In this document: positions 22,601 through 35,100 of the stretch, piece by piece
How the letters are laid out: each line of letters starts with the position of its first letter
Numbering within the stretch: the first letter of the stretch is position 1
Origin: a virus
DNA length: 64,000 bases
Strand: one strand, 5' to 3'
Virus record (IMG/VR): IMGVR_UViG_3300010373_000003
Location: 28,896-92,895 of that record
The notes under the pieces: model-generated
The model's database searches: none
The model's input: only the letters and a program-made list of their open reading frames with translations
What the model was told of the DNA's origin: nothing
Translations under genes and position numbers: made by a program

Positions 22601-23002
22601 CAACAGTATGCTATACTAGGTCGCCAGAACGATGTTAATGTAGCTACTGTAACTGATACTAATTATAATACTCCGGGAGAAACTCCATTGGAGAATGTTA
22701 CTGATGTGCCATTAATAGGAGATACACAAGTTGAAGATACTACTGATCTAGGTTTTGAGAATGAGAGCAAAAGGTTCGATGAACAAAGTGATGTAGATGA
22801 TCTTGATTTTGCTGTTACTTCTATGATAGAAGATGCTGATGAAGTTAGAATTGCCACTAGAGATATTAGTCCTAACCCTAATATGAGTGGTGTTCAAGTT
22901 GTTACTGATATGAATAAATATGTCAACCAATTCCCTGTACAGGATAGGCCGAGAATAAGCGAAATGCTTACGTCTGCTGAACTTAAATTTAGTTGTCAAT
23001 AG
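16664..23002 (+). CDS. large virion cargo protein with membrane segments and a C-terminal zincin-like domain
   Basis: 2112 aa; hydrophobic N-terminal helices; LLIHENLH (HExxH) plus downstream FAEEWLVE. Confidence 0.65.
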   Translation: MDINDFLNNGVTVKNPNYKKPTKRDPSGSPRFIQSGDYNAAVDRDSRIGGFLAENSYDLTGLNNDENKYADYDVRINPVNTKDELDQQRAKNQSAWEQTGRLVTQAVGNEIVLGTALGLSNLVDMGVNIGKEAGKDDYTNPFSTFLEGKQDEIRKAFEIYQENPNETFQVGDFGWWAGNAVSVASTLSMLIPSMAVTKGLGAAGKFAKLERLSTGIAKAASGVGLTKNTATLARAINSGAEIGTAALLSRTMEGYLEARGVYKETYDKSLGKLESMTVDEKAKLFKNNPQFVGMSNEEMASNMSSFSADETFKNDYAMLLFDIAQFKALGSMWKGVANKAVNSTLRTANRNAIAGLADDGAAAIGNMGFFAKRAEIIKHAIKNPMSSLTAIQLSEGLEEGYQGVQTEKGKEIAEKMLDPNFNARTLESYLKDGAIWEQAFWGVVGGMAFQSIGTGVGNLATAVKGKVNKRTMSEEDYALSQMTDEKIREQEIVGRQARMQDFTESMQLLNNGKNPFGYKIDPDTKQPILADGSKVNEDVSQEEAELLKTQLTNDFVTNMVLDATDKGNYDLFKEYVTDQNFDKFFQDAGLESNSGDKSFSRMLVDKMDQTYEEYNGALYDVMNSISVENESVAKIVARSIARRKLQVSDLYNSSDDLANQIATNADTTDYIDYEENQRVKYVKDRIAEIDKKEQGLQEMLTNKQISSQAVDQIIKENNIRRNQLLAFASTGNMFGNPDVISNILSSNINDANTGEFLAEFNKFLATIDQDVKPGTPKKSVQDIVKKKIEVDDHLDYIEKTLPTTQSNYQTEYDDVARNVDRLTVERYDKAVDIVGEYIESQPDLDTAHNNVMTNNVPANIKEQLDILKLGHHSTSKYTSQINSIFREVNNDRTAAAAEARNVNVDNTVTNDTTAENDILDIDGVVAETDNRESVTESSSTGEVIQSDVSKPAAVEEVVNPETFIAPFDIVEEVASLDKATESVINDQTNDFILDNDARAVGLASSITFNLFKTSRNLFDNLEGKDVNSSEFNNIVDIVADDLFTQGVSRGYTRQAAVDGIRMAMNMIHRRLSSKNISGADMFKVLADQLANKQRVEVDSEGKASTTTLIPDSEFNQVIDQFIDNYIQNRGVYTVKGFKTIINVEDLFRELLNNDGITYEQAKHVFFNIADYIRANNPKYIFINKTDLNKNLKTPSTFFNNLINNKSTVETVDSYMHIAAPSNKPEGYDKAVNEAINGEPVVISYFEGERGTSNNSISIKRNGIEIGYLGSVQPNPINTGYKLKRQNQGFVYDLVNNNGNIESNLDKLFIPLINRETTNYSYLMDIAYKQFAYESAIKNGSSSQDITSDEVRDIVHNAMIKSLVASGDIKIPADKITDKMKAKYILNQINNIIFYDNAAITTPLILESYAYWKSSTFNNYVNTHKIQQGLDTNKKINTKLVNVATGKVLLDNTNHNISDIGFTYEQNPIMIVDANGNIINEKANTSYSNVAGFEVGTMGMLITDNPSAPIIALFTESNNVSSNKELANRVYSELTDLLTGFQNREVSFDKLATSLGDMFSGPGIRSNNLFSGYSVIKTNDRIALNIQGRKGEYNLIVHKFEKGSNTEGTGITHIPNGDKSKANSSVTTSKSFNNAIAKEIVSNLTFNKTFYAINNKNVDNDKSNQYLYKEGGKLIIEIGGKKDSYNSFGQFVLTNNAFKTNQGKNKDGGFFDTTDAVKSLYINTAIITSPVEETPLTDRNRTASDVIKSATKTESVNTSEILSLAGVEEDKIAVLTGTNQFGIELIPKESYFDNRATKAEAYYSKGKMYFTNKGANNIRRSPNNLMRLLIHENLHAKFEEQGLFQQAGIVDDLMNTYNSFIEAVNNDTTSAEVKVIKNWIETNKFNPIDYISTLSVEQQRAWINRSDADKAAQFAEEWLVESLTQPSIIRYLNNTIYTGGDVSVEGIDNSAKTIWQRIIDVLLKLFGRNSGNIKNNTILAQQYAILGRQNDVNVATVTDTNYNTPGETPLENVTDVPLIGDTQVEDTTDLGFENESKRFDEQSDVDDLDFAVTSMIEDADEVRIATRDISPNPNMSGVQVVTDMNKYVNQFPVQDRPRISEMLTSAELKFSCQ
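19475..19490 (+). repeat. dispersed motif copy 3 (TCCTCTACGGGGGAGG)
   Basis: Exact core; encodes SSTGE. Confidence 0.95.
21843..21858 (-). repeat. dispersed motif copy 4 (TCCTCTACGGGCGAGG)
   Basis: Exact core; encodes SPVEE. Confidence 0.95.
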
Positions 23003-23024
23003 TTTATACATATATTATATAAAA

Positions 23025-23069
23025 TTGTAGGATATGGCTTTAAAATAGGTCATATCCTACAATACTTTT
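23025..23069 (+). terminator. long stem-loop / probable terminator before the RNAP gene
   Basis: TTGTAGGATATGGC...GTCATATCCTACAA 14-bp stem, followed by TACTTTT and preceded by an A run. Confidence 0.6.
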
Positions 23070-23132
23070 ACGAAAACACATAATGTTTATGTTGTTGATT
23101 ATATTGCCAAAACTTATAATAACAATAAAAGA

Positions 23133-26100
23133 ATGAGTTGTATTGAATATGGTTTCACAATCCAAGGGGATGTGGATAACAAACTTGCTAGAAGTGTTGA
23201 ATATGTAGCTGGTGCTGATTATACCAAAGCTACTATACTCGCAAGTTATTTCGGGACTGAGGATTTTGCTCAGTACGTTGAACAAGAGACAGAGACAAGA
23301 GATTACGCTAATGTTAATGCTAACACTATGCGTAGGCTTCTTGGCTCTTTTTTTGTTTCTAGACATAATAGTATTAATAATACTATTAATAAAAAGAATG
23401 CTGATACTCTTAATGGTTTTTCTAGTGCTAAAGCTAAAACTATTGCTAAGGATCATACTGCTAATCTTATTATAGAATCTTATTATAATGAGATTAATAA
23501 ACCTAAAGCTGATAGGATTGGTAAAGATGCTATCATTAGAGAAGTTAGTAAGACTATTAATAATCATTTTAATTCTAAAGTAGCTGTTCCTCTTATTAAG
23601 AGAGTTCAAGCTGAAAATACTAATAAAGCTGCATTATCTCTTATAGAGAAAGCTTCTGCTATTAATGCTCAGATTAAAGATCTTAATAGACAAAGAACTA
23701 ATCTTGTTGCTCAATTTAATCAAGATCAAGAAGAAGGAGTTTCTACAATATTAGATACATCTATTGATGCTATAGGTACACAACTTGCTACTAAAGATTC
23801 TGAAAGATATGTTATATTTAAGAATATTATAGAACTTGCAGGTAATGTTCGTGAAAAGAATTATTCTACTCTTACTTCACAAGTTAGAGGTAATACTTAT
23901 AGTTGGTATGAATCAGTGTTTGCTACTTCTAAATTAGTTAACCTTGTTGACGAGTTTAATATTACTCTTGAAAATGATAAAATTATTGAGAGAAATTATA
24001 CTGATGAAAACGATGTTTCTAATCCTGATAGTGACAGTGTTGATGAAATGTCTAAATCTTGGGAAGATAGTCTGTATGGTTCTTTTGATAGACATGTTAA
24101 TGCTAAGCTTAAAGTTTATCTTGATAGAGTTTATAGATTAGCTACTCCTACACCTATTGGTAGTAATGAATATCAATTTGATGATAATAATGAATTAGGT
24201 GTTCCTATGACTATAGGTGCTAACTTTATTATTGCACAAATTAGTAACTATGCTACATTTAATTCTGTAGATGATTTTATTAATAGTGTTAGTAGAGTTA
24301 GTCAAATCAATCCTGCTTTATATGGTTTAAGTAAAGTTGTTAATGATATGCTTGCTGATAGAGTATTTGCTAATCAAGTATTTCAACAACTAGCTAATCC
24401 TAAGATTGCTAAAACTATTATTACTATAGCAGATAATGATATTAATTTTGATCAAAGTAATAAATCAGCTGATGCACTAAGTCATTTAGTATTTAACTTT
24501 ATTAATTCTGCTAAGTCTAATTATAGAAGTTCTTTTAGTCTTTCTGATAAAGAAAGTATTAAGGATGGATTACTTAATCTTAACAAGGTTAAAGATGTTA
24601 ATGTATTTAACAATGGTGCTATTATTAAATCTACTGATGATTTAATTAATGGTTTACTTGTTAAGTATTTCCCTAAGATAGATAGAAGTTCTGTTAACAA
24701 TTATTTACGTAATAATCCTGCTGATAGTGTTAATATTTATAAAGGAGTTTTACAAGATCTATCTGGGTTAATAAATTCTGTTGAAGATATTGTTGATGAT
24801 TATAATTCTAAGTGGGGTGATTATCTTGGACAATATAGAACTTGGGCTAATAAGAGAAAAATTGCTAATGAAATAGGTGAATCTTTTGGAGAACCTATGC
24901 CAGTATTTGATTATTCTAGTGTAGACTATAATAAACTATATCCTTCTGTTATTAGTTTAGCTAAGAAGTTAGTTAATTATACTGCTGTAAAGAATGAACT
25001 TAATAGTATCAATGCTGAAGGTAATATGGCTTCTGATCTTATTGGAAATAACTATATTACTAATTTCCTTAAACAGATACAGTATGGTACTGCTGAAGAA
25101 GCTGATGCAGGTCTTAATCGTCTTAAAGATTTTATAACTAAAAGTCCTCAATATAAATATTCTCCTTTTTACTTTGGTACTAAAGATTCTAGAGGTAATA
25201 CTTTAGTTGAAGGTTTATTTAATAGAGATATTAGTGGTAAAGTTACTGTAAATCCTAATGCTAGAAATATGATTAATATTTCTTTGTTTGACGGTGCTAA
25301 AGATAGAAGTAACTCTAAATCTACTATGTATAGCGGTATGAGTAAAGGTGATTACTTTCTTACTCAACTTGTAGCTTTTAATACTCCTATTAATTATGTA
25401 ACTCAAGAAGGTAATAATGTTCCTACTGCTGGATTCTTTATGCGTACTCCTTCAGATGCTCCTAAGAACTTTATAGTTCAAGCTCCTAAATATAATATAG
25501 ATGGTTTATGGCAAGTTGTTACTGCTAGTCGTAATCAATATGTTGCTGATATACAAAAGGAGTTAGGTAATAAGTTTACATTTACTAATGAAGGTCAGTA
25601 TATAGATATGTCTGAAGATATAATTACTGGTTCTATTAAAGGTAAGATATCTAATAATGTCATGACTGCTGAGCAGATTTATGATATGTTTAGAAATCCT
25701 ATTGATAATAAAACTTATACTAATTTATATCATACTTATGATCCTAATACTAATAAAGTATTAATACCTATTATATATAATACAGAAGAAGGACCTCTTA
25801 TTACTTATCTTGAAGGAGATAAAGTTGTAGGTACTGTTAATAACATAGCTGAAAACATTGTTATTAAAGAAGTATATACTTTTTCTAATATGTTAGATGG
25901 TGTTTTACCTTATGAATTTCTTATAGATATTGCTGATACTATTACACAAGATGGTATTAATGAAGGTAGGATACAAAGGTCTATTGATAAAAACAATCCT
26001 GCTTTTAGAGCTTTACATGCTCATGCTTTAGGAGAAGTTAATAACTTTGTTAACAATCTTAATAATGTATTTGAGAAGAAGGCTGGTAAATGGGTTACTA

Positions 26101-29100
26101 AAAGTAATACTCATAATCTAATAGATCGTGCTCACTATAATGGTGATAGTGTTGTAAAAGATGGAGTACTTACTGGTAATTTCTTTAACTTTATTAGACT
26201 ATTTGAAACACAAGGTTATAAAGCTAATGAAGAGATTAAGAATGCTTTCTTCCTCTACGGGGGAGATACAGCTAACGGTATTGATCCACTGCTCGTTAAG
26301 AATAAGAAAGGTGATCTAACTCTTAATATTAATAGAAAAGATCTTATTGCTATTAATAATAATCATATAGAGCTTAGTATATCTGATAATAACTTAGAAG
26401 TTATTGATTCTGTTGTTGAGAATTGGCTTAATAATTATTATAATGAAGTACTAGATAAAACTTCTCAGTTTAATACTATTATTGAAGATAGATATTCTAA
26501 TAATGATATTGTTGACTATGCTGTTAACAATGCTATTATGGAAATGAACTTTGATGATGTGTTTGAAGGTGATAGTAAGTTCTATAAAGGACCTCAGGAT
26601 TTCCTTAAGAGAGCAAAAGAAGTTCAAGCTGCTGGTAAAGCTTATACTGGTTTTAATATTAATGAAGCTATTGGTGGTCCAGTTCATCCTATTAAAGATG
26701 CAAGTGGTGGTGAGATTCCTATAATGGTTAATGGAGTTGAAGTTGCTAAGGCTAGAAATGGTTTTAAAGGTGTTACTATTTATAATACCGTTAGACCTTC
26801 TCAAAGTGCTGGTCAAATAAAACAAGAACTTGTAGGTATACTTACTCCTAGTGTTGGTAAGACTGAAGCTAATCGTATTGCTACTGAAATATCTCAAGGT
26901 TATTTTGATTCTACTAAAGTCAATGATGCTCAATCCTATATTACTCTTGATGAGTTTATAGCTAGACGTCATGCAGATGGTACATTGAATGATTATCAAG
27001 ATTTACTTGCTCAATTAACTGATGATAAAATCAGTGTTGGAGATATGAATCTTAAAGGTATTAATGCTCGTATTCAAGTACAGAAGAACTTCTATTTTGA
27101 TAAACAGTTTGATGATAATACTGGAACCTTTTATCCTAGACAGATTAAGAATGCTGAATTTGTTCTTATTCCTAAGTTGATTAAAGGTACTGATCTTGAA
27201 ACTCTTTATAACATAATGAAAGCTAATGGTGTTGACCAAGTTAATACTGTTGAAGCTTCTAAAGCTGCTAAAAAGAATATACTTACTTTTTGGGATAATC
27301 AAGGTGTTGCTAATGCTGAAGCGTTTGATGCTAGTCTTAAAGCTGATAACAATATAGCTATTGAAGACTACTACTATCAGTATCTTTATAAACAACAAGA
27401 TGTTGCTGATCATATGGTTAATGAGAAGAACAAAGCTGGTATTCAAATCATGAAGAAAATCATTGATAATGCTAATGCTGAAGTTCAAGGAGATATTGAT
27501 AATTTCTTTAATAGCTATGTTGCTAATATTAAAGATGACTTTAATATGCTTCTTAATCGTATGGGTTGGAGAGTTGAAAATGGTTCTTTAGTTGATAGTA
27601 GTGGTAAGACTAATGCTGATGGTAAGAATGTACTTCAATTTGAAGATTTTTATAAGAAAGCACGTGTTGAGGCTCAACGTCTTGGTATGGATTCTAACTT
27701 TATAGAATATCTTACTCCTGATCAGTTTGGTTCTCCTGTTATGCCTAACTATATGAACAATGTCTCTTCTAAGTTAGAAAGTATTGCTCAAAGTATATTT
27801 AATAATGGTGTTACTAGACAGACTCTTCCTGGATGGCATGCTGCTCAGGTTACTAGTGTTGGACATGGTGTTCCATCATTAGGAGAAGATGGTGTATGGA
27901 GAACTCTTAAGTATCACCCTCAAGTTACTAGAGAAGATGGTACAGTAGTTCAAGAAGCTTATGCTGAAGTTATGCTTCCTAGATGGAGTACTTTAATTCC
28001 TAAAGATTATGATATTTCTAAGTTAGAATCTGAAGGTATTGATATTCATTTAGGTTATCGTATTCCTACTGAAGGTAAACAATCTATTAGTAATCTAAAA
28101 GTTGTTGCTTTCTTAGATGAGGTTTATGGTTCTACTATTATGGTTCCTGATGAATGGGTAACTCAAACAGGTAGTGACTTTGACGTTGATAGTGTTTATG
28201 GTATTTCTCATGAAATATATAAAGACAGAGAGGGTACTATTAAGAAAGTACAGTTTGATAACTCTACAGAAGTTAAAGATGTTGAACGTAGATATGTTAA
28301 TTATATTAATGGAGCTATAGAACATCGTGTAGATAAAGATATTATACCTGATGAGTTTATAACTGATAAAGTTAATGAAGCTAGAGATCAAATTAAAGAC
28401 TTAGATATTGTTAGAAAAGAATCTAAATATCTTGGTGAATTGATTTCTAATCATGGTAGTATTTATAGACAACTTCCTACTGAGGTTCAAGATCAAGTTA
28501 AATCTATTAATAGAAGATTTAGAACTGGTAATATATATGATAGATACAATGCTTTAGCTGCTACATTTGAAGTACTATCTTCTCAGGAAACTGGAGAACT
28601 TAAAGATGTTTATGAAGAATTTGGTTCTTATAGTGAGGCTATTGCTAATGCTTATGAATATATTAAAAGTATAGATACTGATTCTATTCCTAAGTTTAAT
28701 AAGTCTGAAGTTATTAAAGGTATATTTGAAAATGCTCGTATTGAGTATTTAAATAAAGTTAAGAAAGCTGCTAAAGCTTCTAATCTTGTTACTTATGAAG
28801 AGTTTGCTAATTGGTCTATAGAAGATCAGAATAGTCGTAAGGCTCGTAATAATAGGATATTAGATAGTATGATTAATGTTATGAATAATAGTAATTCTCG
28901 TGAAGAGAACTATTCTCGTAGTAATTTTGATGATCTATCTAATGCTATGAAGAAAATGAATGCTCTTCGTGGTGCTTCCTCTATTGTTCGTAGTGCTTAT
29001 AATCCTTTAGATCAAGTTGATTTTATGGAGAATGCTATGAGTGGTGCTACTCTTAAAGCTTTCTCTGTTACTAGAGATACTTTTAATTCTGTTAATAACT

Positions 29101-32100
29101 ATACAAAATCTAAACTAGGTGAAGGTCATGAAATTAAAGTTGAGTATGATCTTAATCAATATGATATTAAACATTTAAATAGCGCTTATAATGGTGTACA
29201 ACTTGATAAATCTCGTAATGTGGCTATTGTTATGCATAATAGCTTGGCTAATAGTAATAACAACAGGAACGTTGTTGGTAAAATCCTTACAGTTTATAGT
29301 TCTCAAACTACAGCTCATATTCTAGATGCTGTTAAAGAAGGTACTATTTTCAATGAGAATGATTATACCTTTGGAACATTTAAAACTCTTATTGATGTAG
29401 GTATTGATTATGAAACTGCTATTGGTTTCTTAATGCAACCAGGAATTACTAAGATTGTAGATGCTTACTTCCAAAGTAAAAGTATTTATATTAATAGTAC
29501 TTCTAACCCTATTAATGTTGCTATTAAGTCTATAGCTACTGATCTAGGTATTACTATTGGAGGACGTGCTATTGATGACTATACCCCTGTTAAGAGTGTA
29601 GTACAAAGATTGAGTACTTACCCGAGATTGCAAATGGCGTATAGACAGCTGTTTGCAGCTAATCTAGGATATAATAATACTATTGACGTACAATCACAAA
29701 ACCTTAATGGTTTAATGCTTCAGAACCGCTTAAAAGGGGTTGAAATAACTAATACTTTAACATTAACACTAGATCAACAACAGTATCAAAATGCTGCTTT
29801 TGATTTAGCTATGATTGCTAACTTTGATAAGTATCGTAAGACTACTCGTAATATTGAAGCTTTAGCTAGAGTTAGTAATCCTGATAGGTTTGGTGCTAAG
29901 CAAACAATTAGAGGAACTAGAGTTACTTTAAATAATATTGCTAAATATGCTACTGATCCTAATGATATAGTTGGTGAAACTATAATGGTTGGAAATAAGA
30001 ATATTATTCAATCTTTATACCCAGGTTTTAATACTAGAGAAGGTATAGATATTACTAATAGTTCTTATCCATATCTTGCTGCGTTTTTAAAGTTTGCTAC
30101 TCAACCTAGTGTTGAAGCTAATAGTCAGTTGTTTCCTACTGAAAGTAATAGTTATAATGCTATTACAGATACTGTTCAAGCTAGAATGGGTATTAATTTT
30201 ACTGATGAACAGTATAAAGAATATAAACAATATATGATTTCTAATGTTTATGCTGGTGTTCCATTTTTAACATCACCTTTAACATTGAATGAATATGGTT
30301 TAATTACTTTAGATAATGTAGCTATTGAAGCTGAAGTTAATTTAAATAATCAATATTGGGATGTTGAACGTTCTAGAATATTTGGTTACGATGTTACCCA
30401 AAGTGGCAATATTACTATTAAAGATATTAATAATCCTAATGAGGAAGAAGTATTTAATTTTAATCAACTTACTCCTGCTCAGAAAGTTATATGGATTCAA
30501 CGTAATTTTAATGAAGGTAGAGGTGTATTTGATTTCTTAGATGTTAATACTTTTAATCAGTATGAGTTTAAGAATAAAGGATTTAGTAGTCAATCTATTA
30601 AATATAGTGATCAAATTGATGATATTGAAGAAGTGTATGTTGCTTTTAGAGATAGCTTCTTTAATAAGAATCCTTTAGTTAGACTTGCTACTATTGACTT
30701 AATTAAGTATTCTTTTGTTGCTGAAGGGTTTAAATTTAAACGTGGAAGTATTAGTAAAATTATTACTAATGATACGTTGTATTCTAATCTAGAAGATAAA
30801 GGTATTAATCTAATTGAAGCTATACAGCAACAATTTATGATTTATAATAATCCTCTTGAAGCTACTACTCAAAAGTTTATTGATAAGTTTATACGTAGTC
30901 ATAGTGAACTTGTTAAAGAAGTTTCTATTCCTAAAGGTAAAACTGATAAACAAGGTAATGAGAATATTGGTCGTAAGTTTAATAGACAAATACAAGGAGA
31001 GAATATAGTTTTTATTCCTTTTGCTGAGTCTACTAAAGAGTTACTAGAACATCTTAACATTATTGAAGATAGTCCTAAAGGTTATGTTAGAATTGGTAGA
31101 TATATCAATGATACTCAACGTAGAACTACTTTATATAAAGTTACTAATACTAGACAAGGTGTTTATTTAACTCCTTTGAATATACTTGAACGTAATGAGA
31201 CTTCTGAGTATTCAGTTAATGCTAAAAATAACTTATATAAAGCTACTGAATATTATGATGCTATAATTAATTTATCTGTAGATAATGGAGTTCCTGTTAA
31301 TGAGTTACTTAAAGATGGTAAAACTGTTGAACAACTTAATATTCTTAAAGATCAGTTTACTATAACTCCTCATAAGTCTAAACATATAATTGAAAGTGTT
31401 GAAAACACTAATGAAGTTATTAGAGTTATGCAGTATGGTACTAATATTGAGCAAGCTGAGACTGCTAAGTTTGTATCTGACATTGTAGATTACATAACTT
31501 CCCCTGTAGAGGAAGCAGGTAACTATGGCGTTATTAAAAATGATAATGGTTTTATTAATTCTCTTATCCCTCATGGTGTTTCTGTTATTCAGAACATACC
31601 TAATGGTGAAGATATTATAACTGTTAAGATTACTAAACATACTAAGAAGAATGGTTTAAGTAAACAATTTGAATATGTACTTAAAGGAGACAAACGTGGA
31701 GATCTTGCTAAGGTTAAACCTGAAGAAAGAAAGGCTTTACAGAACTCTATTGATGCTAAAAGTATTAGACCTACATTATATAAGATTGAAAGGGTTACCA
31801 GTGAACAAGAAAGAGAGAACTACGAAGAACTTAGAAAACAAGTAGAAGATCAAGCTGCTTCTCAAATGAATGCAGTTACTAATCTAATTGAAGACTTTGA
31901 TGTAGATGTTGTTTTCAATTATACTGAAACTGATAAGGTTGCTAAAGATATATTTAATGAACTTAATAAACGTGCTTTATCTAATGATGATAAACGTGCT
32001 GTTAAATTTAAGAAAGCTATGGATATAGCAGGTATAGATAGGACTAGTGCTAATTCTATACATGATAATAAGAGAAATATATATACTTCTGCTGCTAAGT

Positions 32101-35100
32101 ATTATACTGAACGTTCACATGAACTTCTTTCTAATATTGAAAGCTTTACAGGTATTAACGGAGAACAATACTCTATAGATAATCCTGATTTGTATAAACA
32201 TCTTACTGAATATCCTGAAGATTATCCTTTGTTACTTAAACTTATACTTGATGCTAAAACATTTGGTGATCAGTTTTATGATATATTTAATCTTAATTTA
32301 GTTGGAGAAGATGAAAGTACTAGTAAAGCTATTGAGAAAACAAGAGCGGCAATTAATAATGTTCGTACTAGTTCTAAGCTTAAGAACGCTGTTAATCTTA
32401 TGTTCAATGATTATATTGCTAACAATTATTCTACTAATTCTTTAGTTCGTCATGGTATTATTGAACTTAAAACTCAATTTGGAGATACAGACTGGTTTGA
32501 TTCTATATTTAGTGATGTTGGTGAGTTAAATCATAAACAAGTTCAATCTGTTGTTAAATATGTTAATACTGTTATTAATGAAGCTACTAAAGTTATAGCT
32601 CCTAAATCTATTAATACTTTTAATAAACAATATGAGACTATAGAGAAGTCTACTGGTCCTTTTGATATTAATAATATTATAACTAAACAAGGTAAGTTTG
32701 TAACTCCTTATACTGAACAGTTTTTAGAAGATAGAGAGAAGATTGTTAGTGATGTTAAAGTTGCTAAGGATACATATGGTATTGATAGTATACAGTATGT
32801 TAAAGCTAAATTAGCTAGAGACGAATGGAGAGCAAAGAATGTTCATCAAGATATTATTTCTACATACTATAATGAGAATAATGCTTTACTTCGTAATGTT
32901 ATTAATCAAGCTCCTGATGAGTATATTGAATACATGAGACTTATTCATGAGTTATATGGTGATCAACGTAGTCCTAGTCTTTTAACTAAAGAAGAGAAAG
33001 ATTATCGTAAAGAACTTAATACTAAGATACGTAATATTACTTCTGACTTTAATCAATCTGGTGAACTTAAATCTGATAAGCAACGTTTTCAAGCTGCTAG
33101 ACTTAAGAACTATATTAATGCTAAAAAGCTTCTTAATGAAGAGTATTTTGATTATAATGAGACTGATGGATTTAAAGATACAGTTGAGTATTATACTAAT
33201 ATTATTAAACAGTATGAAAAGAAACATCCTTTAGAGACTTTAGATCAGAAGCTTAATAATAGTAATTATGCTGAAGCTTATGAATGGATTAAAGGTAATA
33301 CTATTTATACTTTAGATGCAGCTACACAAAAGATTATTAGTGATTCTTTTGCTGCGTTAAAATCTAAAGATAACACTAGTTCTTTTGAAGTTAAGAAGAT
33401 TCTTAAAGATAGTGATGCTTATGATAGATATGGTAACATTGATGCTCGTAAGTTATCAACTGAACAGCTTACTAAGATTAAACAACTTACTGAACATAAG
33501 TTTTCATGGACTTATGAGAGTAATGCTGGTGAGGCTATTTTAATTAAAGATGTTCCTTCTGATCTACCTGTACTTAGTGATAAGTTCTATAGAATGCTTC
33601 GTGGTTCTAGTGAGAATGATAGCGGAGTCAATGTTGAAAGGATTGCTGTTATAGGTAAAATTAATGCATTATTAGGTAGAGCTGTTGATCGTAATACTGG
33701 TCAGATTAATTCTAAAGATCTATTTGATAAACTTACTGAAGACGAACTTAATGATTTAGGTTCATATTATAGAAGATTACATAATATTAAAGGTGATCGT
33801 AACAATAAAGAGTTAGCTGAGAAGTTTAAAGCTAATGTTGATTTTAAAGTTAATGATGCTGCTTTTAATAGAGAATGGGCTTATGCTCAATCTAATCTTA
33901 AGAATACTAAACATTATGATACTTGGTTAAATATCTTTATTCAAACTAATAAAGATGGAGAATACGTTACTGATGAGCAAGGTAAATTTGTAGCTAATAA
34001 TGATATTTTTGGTTATATTGAACCTAAGGACAAAACTTATATAGATGCTGAAAGAACAGCGGCTAGACAAGTTTTAGAAAATGATATAGAATATGTACCT
34101 ACTGAATACTATTATGCTGCTTTAAAGGAAGCTTCTAACAATGGTACTTTCAATGAATGGTATAATGCTAATCATGTATTCAATCCTTATTCTCATAGAA
34201 TGGAACCTCTTAAGGTTTGGACTGAAATGCAAGTTAATCCTAATGGTAATCTTAATGGAACATATAGTTATGCTCCTACTTATGAGAATACTGAACGTAC
34301 TGTTAAAGATGATTTTATAAATCCTAATCATAAACAATACTCTACTAATTATAATACTGATAGTGGTGATTATAATAATCTATCTAAACTTTCTACTAAA
34401 GAAAGAGATATGTTAGATCTATTACAATCTACTATAAATGCTCATGCTAGTACTCACTCTATGAGAATGTTTGCAGAACAAGGTTATTTACCTAGACGTG
34501 CTAGACATACTCCTGATGCTAAATGGTATGTTGGTCAAGCTTTAGGTTCAATGGGTTTAGAGTTTAGAAATACTGGTGAACAGCAATGGACTGATAAGAT
34601 TGATTATACTAATGATTTTGATACAGACTTTGACATGATGTCATTGATTAAACAAAAAGGGTATAAAGAACGTATCAAAATTGATAGTAAAGGTACTAGA
34701 GAGTCTGATGAAGATTATGCTAAACGTGTAGAGGATATTCGTAAAGAGAATAAACTTATAGATGAAGCTAATCTTAAACTAGATAATGAGATATTAGATA
34801 ATGATTGGAAAAGTGTATTTAATGACTTTATAAATAAGTCTACTGAATATAATGCTAAACAACGTGCTAAGAATACTGTATATTTATTACTAGAAGATCT
34901 TAAAGATTCTCCTGCTTTTAAAGAAAGTGCTTGGGGTAGAAACCTTAAGAGAGATGGAGCTAGAAGTACTAACGAACAAGATAGTTATCAAACAGTTGGA
35001 CAAACTAATACTCATAAGACTGTTGAGAACTGGGCTAGACGTATTTTGTTTGATCAGTTTAAGAAAGGTAGTCCTTATAGTAAATATGCTGATTTAGCAC

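Noticed and set aside
23171-23179. Perfect DnaA box (TGTGGATAA)
   Set aside because: Single copy noticed; about one is expected by chance in 64 kb of AT-rich DNA.
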